Below, piece by piece: positions 10,039 through 18,173 of a stretch of DNA of 64,000 nucleotides. Under the pieces are notes generated by a model. The model did not search any database, was not told the origin of the DNA, and saw only the letters and a list, made by a program, of their open reading frames with translations. The first letter of the stretch is position 1. The number at the start of each line of letters is the position of its first letter. The DNA lies in contig NZ_JAFQXT010000043.1 of NCBI RefSeq assembly GCF_017406825.1, positions 12,662-76,661 on the forward strand. The letters run 5' to 3'. This DNA is from Methanobrevibacter sp. (GTDB lineage: Archaea; Methanobacteriota; Methanobacteria; Methanobacteriales; Methanobacteriaceae). The position numbers were made by a program, and so were the translations under genes.

Positions 10039-10761
10039 ATGTGGGATACAACAAAAGATTACAGAATTCTAGTGGCAAGCAAAGCAAGAGAAAATTACCT
10101 GAATCTTATTCCAACTGCTTCTTTTAGGGGAAGCTGGAATAAAAAGCAAGCAATTGAATTGGGAAAACAGATGAATAGTGATTTTCAATCCTTAACTTAT
10201 TCTTATTTAGAAGGAGATGAATTGGTTAATTCTCCTGATGTTGCAGCATTAACTGAAAAAACTGAAAAGATTATTGAATGTTTGGGAGGAGACGACTGGA
10301 ACAAAAAATTCTTAAGCAATGCTCCAAAAGAAGACCGTGAAAAAACCCAGGAAAACATTGCCAAAGTGAGATTCTTCCTCGATACGATCTTAGGTTTGAA
10401 AAACAGATTGGCTTTAGGTCCGATAAATGACCCGATTATGGGCGTGGACATTAAAGTCGGAGAGATAATGAGCGTTACACAACACCCGAAAAACGATAAG
10501 CTAATGCTTTGTAATGTCAACCTCGGAAAACGTGCAATAACAGTTGTGACCAATGATTTGAACGTGAAAGATGACAATAAAGTAGGAGTATCCCTATTGC
10601 CTCCACAATCATTCAGTGACATTGTAAGTGAAGGAATGTTTCTTGGAATGAACGGAAGCATTCTTAAAGATGTTGGAGGAGACCTTGGTGAAATGCCAAA
10701 AGGCATACCGATGGAATCCTTAAATGAAACACGTAACCTTGTTGAGAATTATTTAAAATAA
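10039..10761 (+). CDS. tRNA-binding (CsaA/Trbp111/MetRS-C-like OB fold) domain protein
   Basis: C-terminal half carries VDIKVGEIMSVTQHPKNDKLMLCNVNLGKRAITVVTN, the classic tRNA-binding OB-fold signature. Confidence 0.7.
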   Translation: MWDTTKDYRILVASKARENYLNLIPTASFRGSWNKKQAIELGKQMNSDFQSLTYSYLEGDELVNSPDVAALTEKTEKIIECLGGDDWNKKFLSNAPKEDREKTQENIAKVRFFLDTILGLKNRLALGPINDPIMGVDIKVGEIMSVTQHPKNDKLMLCNVNLGKRAITVVTNDLNVKDDNKVGVSLLPPQSFSDIVSEGMFLGMNGSILKDVGGDLGEMPKGIPMESLNETRNLVENYLK

Positions 10762-10990
10762 AATAATCAACCAATATTGGATTAGAAGTTTTTTGTGATT
10801 TAAGTGGGGAAGGAGAACACTCCTTGCTCGTGAATATTCATGTGGATGATAACACATTCAATAATGGATTTAGACTTAAGATTCATCATGTAAACATTAA
10901 GATATTGCCTCTACAGAAAAAAACTTAATCTAATTACAGAAATTGCTTTAAGCCTGGCGTAAGAAATCAATCCAAATAGTACAATCAATT

Positions 10991-12403
10991 CTATCTTAAA
11001 TTCAATCCTATCAATTTTGTTTTTGTCATTTCTTCAACCGCGTATTTTATTCCTTCTTTTCCAACACCACTATTTTTAAATCCTCCAAACGGCATGTTAT
11101 CTGTTCTGAATGTGGATTGTTTGTTGACGAATACTGTTCCTGCTTCAATTTCCTGGGCACATCTCATTGCAGATGAATAATCGGAAGTAAATACTCCTGC
11201 CTGCAATCCATATTCGGTGTCGTTTGCAACACTTATCGCTTCATCCAAATCTTTAACACGAATAATCGGCGCGATTGGTCCGAATGTTTCCCTTACAACC
11301 AAATCCATATCCCGAGAAACATTATCCATTACTGTTGCAGAATAGAATGCGCCATCACGAACTCCCCCAGTTAAGATTTCAGCACCTTTTTCAACAGCAT
11401 TCCTTACTGTTTCCTCAACTTGAATCGCTGCCTTTTCACTAATTAGAGTGCCTAAAGTAGTGTTAGCATCCATAGGATTTCCCCTAACCAATTTTTCAGT
11501 CTCATCAACTAATTTGCTGGCAAGCTCATCAGCAATATCATCTTCAGCAATCACCCTTTTAACACCCATGCAGACCTGTCCCGCATTTAGGAATGCACCG
11601 TTGACAATGCCTTTAACTGCCTTGTCAAGATCCGCATCTTTTAATATGATTACAGGATCGTTTCCGCCCAGTTCCAAAGTAACCTTTTTCATGCCCGCCT
11701 TTTGTGAAATCATCATTCCTGTTGTTACGCTCCCAGTAAATGAAATCTTATCAACATCCGCCGAACATACCAGATAGTCCCCAACTTCAGATCCGTAACC
11801 TGTAACAACATTTACAACCCCGTCAGGAAATTCCTCATTCAACAGCTCACAGAATTTCATTACTGTGAGTGGCGCTTCGGTTGGCGGCTTTACAATTACT
11901 GTGTTTTTGCATGCGATGGCAGGTGCAATCTTGTGAATTGTCAGGTTCAAAGGATAGTTGAACGGGGTTATCGCTGCAACTACACCTACAGGCAACTTTT
12001 GAGTAAATGCGAAAAATCCCTTGCCGTTCAATCCCGCATCCAGCGGTACGCTTTCTCCATATATTCTTTTAGCTTCCTCAGCGGACAATCTTAAAGTTTC
12101 AATGGATCTGTCCACTTCAACTAATGATTCATTAATAGGTTTTCCGACTTCCAATGTCAACGATTTGGCAAATTCCTCACGTTTTTCCTCCAATTTTTTG
12201 ACCACATTCAACAGTTTATTTGAAACTTTAAAAGCAGACATTTCCAGTAATGATTCTTTTGCTTTATTTGCTTCTGTTATGGCCAAATCTGCAGTTTGCC
12301 TATGAGCAATCGGAACTGTATCGATTACTTCACCATTATATGGGTTTTTAATTTCCGCCAAATCTTCACCTGAAATATGTTTTCCGCCTATCAACATGTC
12401 CAT
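10991..12403 (-). CDS. NAD(P)-dependent aldehyde dehydrogenase (lactaldehyde dehydrogenase-like)
   Basis: ALDH signatures are LELGGNDP (Glu active site) and FLNAGQVCMG (Cys active site). A CofA-type role in F420 synthesis is only an inference. Confidence 0.85.
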   Translation of the reverse strand: MDMLIGGKHISGEDLAEIKNPYNGEVIDTVPIAHRQTADLAITEANKAKESLLEMSAFKVSNKLLNVVKKLEEKREEFAKSLTLEVGKPINESLVEVDRSIETLRLSAEEAKRIYGESVPLDAGLNGKGFFAFTQKLPVGVVAAITPFNYPLNLTIHKIAPAIACKNTVIVKPPTEAPLTVMKFCELLNEEFPDGVVNVVTGYGSEVGDYLVCSADVDKISFTGSVTTGMMISQKAGMKKVTLELGGNDPVIILKDADLDKAVKGIVNGAFLNAGQVCMGVKRVIAEDDIADELASKLVDETEKLVRGNPMDANTTLGTLISEKAAIQVEETVRNAVEKGAEILTGGVRDGAFYSATVMDNVSRDMDLVVRETFGPIAPIIRVKDLDEAISVANDTEYGLQAGVFTSDYSSAMRCAQEIEAGTVFVNKQSTFRTDNMPFGGFKNSGVGKEGIKYAVEEMTKTKLIGLNLR

Positions 12404-12452
12404 TTTATCACCTTGATTAATATTTTATACTAAAAATAATAAATATTGTTTT

Positions 12453-13034
12453 ATGGAAACGACAAGATTTGAAACATTTATCGATGCAATCATCGCAATT
12501 GTAATAACAGTGCTTGTTTTAAAAATTCCGCAACCTGCCAGTCCAACCCTAAGTGCTTTTTTAGAGCTTAATACTATGTATGTTGCTTATTTCATAAGTT
12601 TCCTAATCCTATATAACTTATGGTATGCCAATCATAACCTGTTCCAGCTCGTTGAGACCATAGACAATACGACAGTCTGGATTTATGGAATTATGACTTT
12701 TGTAATATCCTTAATACCATATTTTACAATTTGGCTTGCAAATAACATTAATTCAATTCCTGCCGAAACAATGTTTGGATTAATTTTCATTGCAACCCAC
12801 ATCCTGAATACATTAGCCACTAAATCCATTTACAGGAATAATCCCTATAACAAAAATCTGCAGGAAATCAATCATGATTCCTATTATATGAATCTGCCAT
12901 TGGTCTTGATTCTGATTGGATTTGTTTTGACATACACAATATATCGTCCGGGGATTTACATTACCTGCTTAATATCAATTATCCTATGGATTGCAATTGG
13001 CAGACTGATTAGGAGGGACAGTAATGGAAACTGA
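12453..13034 (+). CDS. TMEM175/DUF1211-type potassium channel-like protein, copy 1
   Basis: N-terminal TM1 motif TRFETFIDAIIAIVITVLVLKIP is an RxxxF-x-D type signature. Six hydrophobic helices. Confidence 0.7.
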   Translation: METTRFETFIDAIIAIVITVLVLKIPQPASPTLSAFLELNTMYVAYFISFLILYNLWYANHNLFQLVETIDNTTVWIYGIMTFVISLIPYFTIWLANNINSIPAETMFGLIFIATHILNTLATKSIYRNNPYNKNLQEINHDSYYMNLPLVLILIGFVLTYTIYRPGIYITCLISIILWIAIGRLIRRDSNGN

Positions 13035-13587
13035 AAGATTTGAAGCATTGATAGATGCCGTCTTAGCCATCATAATTACAATTATCGTGCTGGAGATTCC
13101 GCTTGCAAGCAATGGAAGCTGGCAAGCCCTTATAGATATCAAATATGAATTTATAATCTATGCAATAAGCTTCATGGTCTGTTTCAATTTCTGGAATTTC
13201 AACAATAACGTATTCAGTATCGTTAATAAAATCGACCCTAATGTCATCTGGACAATGGGAATTACATTATTCATATTTTCTTTATTGCCTTACCTGACAA
13301 CGTTCGTTGCTGAAAACTTTTATGTATTTTTCCCACAATTTTTATATGGTTTGATTTTTATTATAACCGCAATATTCTCATTGGCAATAGGCAATTTCTT
13401 AAAAGATGCGGATCCCGGAAATATCGCTCTTCAAGTCGTTTTAAGCAACAATTATCCTATGTATTTTACAATAGGTTTGGTTTTGATTGGAATGGTAATC
13501 GGATACTTTGCTTTTCCTCCAGCCATAATGTTATGCTGCCTGATTTCAATTTTTGGGGTTTGGATAATTCCAAAACTAACTAACTGA
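13024..13587 (+). CDS. TMEM175/DUF1211-type potassium channel-like protein, copy 2
   Basis: ERFEALIDAVLAIIITIIVLEIP. Paralogous to copy 1 and overlaps it by 11 nt. Confidence 0.7.
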   Translation: METERFEALIDAVLAIIITIIVLEIPLASNGSWQALIDIKYEFIIYAISFMVCFNFWNFNNNVFSIVNKIDPNVIWTMGITLFIFSLLPYLTTFVAENFYVFFPQFLYGLIFIITAIFSLAIGNFLKDADPGNIALQVVLSNNYPMYFTIGLVLIGMVIGYFAFPPAIMLCCLISIFGVWIIPKLTN

Positions 13588-13765
13588 AATATTTTCCCAA
13601 CGATTTCAACTCCGTATTGAATTCATTTACTTCTTTTGATGATATTTCACCGGACAAATCGTTTATGTAATTATTGTACATATAAATCACAAGTAAAACC
13701 ACTACAAGTATTCCGCCAAACAGTAAAATAAATTCCGCTGCTGCCTGACCATTATTATCCATCAT
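13580..13765 (-). CDS. Class III signal peptide (archaeal type IV pilin-like) protein
   Basis: MMDNNGQAAAEFILLFGGILVVVLLVIY has a short polar leader, G/Q cleavage context, xxEF and a hydrophobic helix. Length 61 aa. Confidence 0.65.
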   Translation of the reverse strand: MMDNNGQAAAEFILLFGGILVVVLLVIYMYNNYINDLSGEISSKEVNEFNTELKSLGKYFS

Positions 13766-14688
13766 AATCCTCCCATAAGCAGTGTTCCGCCGAATGCTGA
13801 TATGAAATAAAATATTGCAAATGATGCAACGGCAATAGGCAATGAAAACTTAATTCCCTTCTTAAGCTCGCCATACATTATGATGCTGATGATGAACGCC
13901 ACAAGAACAGAATGAATAATTAAATACAACTCCCCTGCAATTGGCGCGGTTAGAATTATCTGAGATTCAATTCCATAACCCTGAATGAATCCCGAATACA
14001 CACTCACCATTCCAACCGCAAATGGCGTTGCAATGACTGCAGATATCAACAGAAACATGACAGACATCATTACTGTGGATTTTCTCTCTCTTTTGAGTGC
14101 AAGCAATTCCCGCAAATCATCGGAAACATCGGACAGCACCTTCGATATGCTTGATCCGCTTTTGCGGCCATCTAAAATAATGCCGAATATCCTTTCCAGC
14201 TCCCGTGATTTCAGGCGTTTGCTCATTGCTCTCCATGCATCATCGAAATTGCGACCCATGCGGATTTCAAGGATTGTCCTGCGCATCTCGTCGTACATAG
14301 GTCCCTCGCCATATTGTGACATGTCCTCCATAGCATTTTCAAAGCTCAAACCTACCTGCAGCATGCTTGAAAGTTGTCTTAAAAAATCCGGTGCTGTTCT
14401 CTCGATTTCCTGTGCCCTCCTTTCCTGTTGTACGACAACATATGTGAACAATCCAGGAAGTACAAATAACGGCAGGATCAGAACAGAAATTGGCAAACCT
14501 AAAATGTTTATCAAGATTCCTAAAATCAATTCACTTACCAGAATAACAATTATGAGCATGGCCAAAAATTGTGAAGCATCTGTAAAAATCGCACCACTTA
14601 ACAAAAATTCCTGTATTTTAGATAAATATTTTTTAGAAACAATATTGTCAATAACTAATGCTAAATCATTGATTATTTTTAATTTCAT
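13762..14688 (-). CDS. Type II secretion system F / TadC-like pilus assembly membrane protein
   Basis: T2SSF-type cytoplasmic domain (LRQLSSMLQVGLSFENAMEDM...GRKSGSSISKVLSDVSDDL) flanked by TM helices. 4-nt overlap with the pilin gene. Confidence 0.7.
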   Translation of the reverse strand: MKLKIINDLALVIDNIVSKKYLSKIQEFLLSGAIFTDASQFLAMLIIVILVSELILGILINILGLPISVLILPLFVLPGLFTYVVVQQERRAQEIERTAPDFLRQLSSMLQVGLSFENAMEDMSQYGEGPMYDEMRRTILEIRMGRNFDDAWRAMSKRLKSRELERIFGIILDGRKSGSSISKVLSDVSDDLRELLALKRERKSTVMMSVMFLLISAVIATPFAVGMVSVYSGFIQGYGIESQIILTAPIAGELYLIIHSVLVAFIISIIMYGELKKGIKFSLPIAVASFAIFYFISAFGGTLLMGGL

Positions 14689-14848
14689 AAGATTTGATTG
14701 GACTTTAAAGGATATAAAATATTGGTTGCTTTTAAAGACAATTTTTCAGAGCTAAAACAAAATTGGAGCAAATGAAATTTGACTTGATGAATGGACATTT
14801 AGCAAATCGAAAAACAGTTGATGCCAATCCTTTAAGAGATTTAAAAAA

Positions 14849-14880
14849 AAAGAAAAAGTGGAGATGGAATAATCCATCTA
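14849..14880 (-). terminator. Hairpin plus T-run at the 3' end of the adhesin-like remnant
   Basis: The minus strand reads gtagatgga-ttat-tccatctcc followed by actttttcttttttttt. Confidence 0.4.
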
Positions 14881-15375
14881 CCTGACAGTTATTTTAACTT
14901 TTTTGACTACTTTATTGTAGAGATTATTGCCTTTGAAAGTAACTGTTGCTTTGAATCTGCCTTTTTTGGTCAATTTCTTAATCTTGAAGATTGCTTTACC
15001 TTTACTGTTTGTTTTTGCAGTGTAGGTTTTTCCCTTAATCTTCAAGGTTAATCTGGCTTTTTTAAATGCCTTTCCTACATTGTCCTTCAAGACAACAGAG
15101 TATTTTTTTGGTTTTTACTGATTGTTTGAATTTCTTTGCCTTTGCAGTCAGTTTAGGAGTTGCCTTTTTAACAGTTATTTTGGTTTTGTTTGTTGTTTTG
15201 ACGTAGTTATTGTTTTCAAAGGATAATTTAGCGGTGTAAGTGCCTGGTCTCAACCTTATGACTAACTTTGCATTTCCGTTTTTGTCAACCCAGCAACTGT
15301 ATGTAATCTTATGCTGACCTTAACACCGGTAATCGGATTTCCGTTTTCATCCTTGAGGTTAACAATAACTAATAA
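14878..15375 (-). pseudogene. C-terminal remnant of a Methanobrevibacter-type adhesin-like protein (frameshifted and 5'-truncated)
   Basis: Three frames join into VNLKDENGNPITGVKVSI / ITYSCWVDKNGNAKLVIRLRPGTYTAKLSFENNNYVKTTNKTKITVKKATPKLTAKAKKFKQSVKTKK / YSVVLKDNVGKAFKKARLTLKIKGKTYTAKTNSKGKAIFKIKKL...KITVR. Frame breaks lie at about 15310 and in the T7 run 15103-15109. No N-terminal part is present. Confidence 0.7.
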
Positions 15376-15493
15376 AATTACCTATTTGACTATGAAATCT
15401 TACATGATTTAACTCCACTACTTATCCTTGAACGAAAAATCAAGAAATTTAAAAATTAGTCTTACGCCTAAAAATTATTTGATGGCACAGGAG

Positions 15494-16450
15494 TTATTCC
15501 ATATATGAATCATTTACATATTTTTTGAAAATCTGTGCCAGAATCGATCCTGCGAAATTCTGCCAGACAGAATACAGGGCTCCTGGAACAGTTGCCTGAG
15601 TTAAGCCTGGAAAATGTGTCTTTGCAAGACTGGTTGACAGCCCTGAATTTTGAAATGCGATTTCAATGGCCACCGTAATCATTTGTTTTCTATTCATTCC
15701 AGTCAGATATCCTGCAACGAATCCGAATGACATTCCAATGAAATACTGTAAAATAACAACAACCATAATTATTTCAAATGACCCTAATATTGCCTGCTGA
15801 TTTGCACCCATTACGCCTGCAACAATCAGACAAATTACAATTGAGGATATTGCCGGCAAATAATCTTTCAATCTCTCACAGAAAGCAGGGAATTTATAAT
15901 TTAAAATCAAACCTAATGCGATTGGAATAATCACGATTTGAACAATGGATATGAACATGTCCAGTGGATTGAAATTAATATGATTGCCTATTAACAAGAG
16001 TGTAATCATAGGTGTCAAAACAGGTGAAATCACAGTAGACACTGCAGTAAGCGAAACGGATAATGCAACATCCCCTCCTGACAGGAACGTGATAACATCA
16101 GATGCCGTGCCTCCAGGAACTGTTCCGACTAGGATAATTCCGACTGTCAAACCTACATCAAGGGAAAATAAGCTCGCAAGAGACAATGCTAAAAGAGGCA
16201 TTAAGATATATTGAATGGATATTCCCAGCGCAATTTCCTGAGGGTGTCTGAAAACATTGATAAAGTTTTCTAATTTTAATGTAGTGCCCATAGTGAAAAG
16301 GACAATGCTTAAAAGCAAATTTATGATATTGACTCCATTCACTTCACTTAAAACCCATTGAAAGGCATTAGGGAAGAGTAATGATATTGCAGCCGCCAAT
16401 ATGATAATTATGAAAAAATATTTTTCAATAGCTTTAAAAACCAGTTTCAT
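15494..16450 (-). CDS. Bile acid:sodium symporter (BASS) family transporter
   Basis: 318-aa polytopic protein with VGTVPGGTASDVITFLSGGDVALSVSLTAVSTVISPVLTP, typical of BASS/Acr3-related carriers. Confidence 0.8.
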   Translation of the reverse strand: MKLVFKAIEKYFFIIIILAAAISLLFPNAFQWVLSEVNGVNIINLLLSIVLFTMGTTLKLENFINVFRHPQEIALGISIQYILMPLLALSLASLFSLDVGLTVGIILVGTVPGGTASDVITFLSGGDVALSVSLTAVSTVISPVLTPMITLLLIGNHINFNPLDMFISIVQIVIIPIALGLILNYKFPAFCERLKDYLPAISSIVICLIVAGVMGANQQAILGSFEIIMVVVILQYFIGMSFGFVAGYLTGMNRKQMITVAIEIAFQNSGLSTSLAKTHFPGLTQATVPGALYSVWQNFAGSILAQIFKKYVNDSYME

Positions 16451-16469
16451 AATAATTCTCTAAATAAAA

Positions 16470-16514
16470 TTAATGTAAAAAAAATAAAAGAAATGTAGAT
16501 GGCGGGCCATCTAC
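16470..16514 (-). terminator. Hairpin plus T-run downstream of the Cna-B gene
   Basis: gtagatgg-cggg-ccatctac (16495-16514) lies 5 nt after the stop. On the minus strand it is followed by atttcttttatttttttt. Confidence 0.5.
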
Positions 16515-16519
16515 TTTAA

Positions 16520-17287
16520 CTATTTCCTACGTGAGAATGGAATAAATGCCGCTACAAACACTGCAATAACCAAAACAACAATTGGGAAACCAGTATTTTT
16601 ATGGTTACTTGTAGCATTAACCGGTTTTTTGTTTTGTTTGATTATTTTGGTCGTAGTTGTGGTTTTTGTTTTAGTGGTAGTTGTTTTTCCATCATCTGAA
16701 TCATCAGTGGAATCATCGGTTGAGTTAGAATCATCAGTTGAATTTGAATCATCAGTAGAGTTAGAATCATCAGTAGAGTTAGAATCATCGGTTGAGTTGC
16801 CATCAGCATCATCATCTGCACTGCCATCAGCAGCATCTTCTCCAGAACCGTCAGCAGAAGGCGCTTCATCATCGCCTATAACAGTATCATTGGTGTCAGA
16901 CACTACATCATCCATTTCAGATTCGTCGTCAAGTACGCCCAAAACATCATCTAAAACAATTTTACTGTTTTTAATCACAAAACCATTTTTAACATTTCCA
17001 CTTATTTGAGATGAATAATCATCAGAGATTATTTCATTAACTTTATAGTTTCCATTGTCATCTACTTTGAAGACCGCTTTCCAGGAATTTGAATCACTTA
17101 AAGTGACTTTATCGACAACTTTTCCATCTTTTAAAAGCTGTACAACAACATGATCCGGTGTATCGTCCACACCATTCCAAACTATTTTAACAGGAATGGA
17201 AATTGAATCGTCAGCCGCTGAAATAACTCCCACCGAAGTTATTAAGCTTATTGCAATTAACATTATCATTAATATTTTTTTATTCAT
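16520..17287 (-). CDS. Secreted Cna-B-type domain surface protein with acidic repeat linker and C-terminal membrane/sorting segment
   Basis: Has a signal peptide (MNKKILMIMLIAISLITSVGVISA) and a Cna-B-like pattern (PVKIVWNGVDDTPDHVVVQLLKDGKVV...NSWKAVFKV...YKVNEI...GFVIKN). These are followed by (NSTDDS)n repeats, a Thr-rich stretch and HKNTG + hydrophobic helix + RRK. Confidence 0.7.
   Translation of the reverse strand: MNKKILMIMLIAISLITSVGVISAADDSISIPVKIVWNGVDDTPDHVVVQLLKDGKVVDKVTLSDSNSWKAVFKVDDNGNYKVNEIISDDYSSQISGNVKNGFVIKNSKIVLDDVLGVLDDESEMDDVVSDTNDTVIGDDEAPSADGSGEDAADGSADDDADGNSTDDSNSTDDSNSTDDSNSTDDSNSTDDSTDDSDDGKTTTTKTKTTTTTKIIKQNKKPVNATSNHKNTGFPIVVLVIAVFVAAFIPFSRRK
16699..16800 (-). 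repeat. Coding 18-bp tandem repeat (5 full units plus a partial one)
   Basis: Units aatcatcRgtWgaRttWg at 16711, 16729, 16747, 16765 and 16783 encode the reiterated DDSNST. Confidence 0.9.
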
Positions 17288-17313
17288 ATTATCCCTCTAT
17301 GATTAGAATACGT

Positions 17314-18024
17314 TCATACCTCAGAGTACAATAAACCTGTTGCTCTGGCCATGAAGAAAGTAGTGTAAACACCTAAAATACCCATTAGGATACCACCGAT
17401 TGTAGAGTTCCACTGAGCAATAAGCATCACGATGAAATATAAAACGAAAAGAATTATGAACATAGCGATGATAAACAAAATAAGTTTAACAACACCTACT
17501 CTGGTTATATCACCAATTGCTTCGCCAATTGCCAAAGCAGAACCTAAGTCTTCGGTTTTGGCCAATCTGCATTGAGCCATTATTAGAGCTAAAGAAAAGA
17601 TTATTGTTAAAATTACTAAGATTAATTGGGAAATCCAATTTTGGAAGAAAATCGCCAAAAGTGAAGCAACGACGATTGGAATAATCATATACACAATACT
17701 TACAACAAAGTATTTGACCCCATTGATGAATTGTCTTATGAAATCTATTGCAGGAGCACCTTCATCCCTTTGAATACCATATTTTACAATATCCAATTCA
17801 TAACCGGAAATCAAAAATCCTATAATAAGTGCAACAATAATTCCAAGAATGCCTGACCCAATAAGTGCCAATATATTTTCGGCAGCATAACTTACTGAGA
17901 TTGCAGTAACAGTACCTATGGTTGCAATCCCTAAAATTATACCCAAAACAGCATAAATCAATAATGCTTTGATATTATTTACTGGATATGCCAAAGCATC
18001 TTTAAATATTTCCATCAATTCCAT
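17314..18024 (-). CDS. Polytopic membrane protein (possibly DUF4013-type)
   Basis: 236-aa ORF with six or more hydrophobic helices. The N-terminus MELMEIFKDALAYPVNNIKALLIY resembles the archaeal DUF4013 family (from memory). Confidence 0.6.
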   Translation of the reverse strand: MELMEIFKDALAYPVNNIKALLIYAVLGIILGIATIGTVTAISVSYAAENILALIGSGILGIIVALIIGFLISGYELDIVKYGIQRDEGAPAIDFIRQFINGVKYFVVSIVYMIIPIVVASLLAIFFQNWISQLILVILTIIFSLALIMAQCRLAKTEDLGSALAIGEAIGDITRVGVVKLILFIIAMFIILFVLYFIVMLIAQWNSTIGGILMGILGVYTTFFMARATGLLYSEV

Positions 18025-18173
18025 TTTTTGTCACCTTTTGATTGAATGAAAAAAACTCAAATTTGAGTTATTTTTATTTATATTCATAACTGTATTTAAA
18101 CTATTAAGAAAAATTTAAGAATATTCAAAAAAAAATAAATAATATATAAAAAAACATTTGGAGACATAAATCA

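Noticed and set aside
10762-10990. tRNA or other canonical RNA gene in the convergent spacer
   Set aside because: There is no GTTCRA T-loop, no acceptor-stem complementarity and no cloverleaf. It is kept only as an unexplained inverted-repeat element.
13985-14755. 256-aa ORF antisense to the TadC-like gene
   Set aside because: It is a shadow ORF with no motifs, and the sense-strand gene has clear T2SS-F features.
16699-16800. Regular 18-bp repeats as a possible CRISPR or minisatellite
   Set aside because: The units are contiguous without spacers, in frame, and encode the DDSNST reiteration inside a clear ORF. This is a coding tandem repeat, not a CRISPR array.
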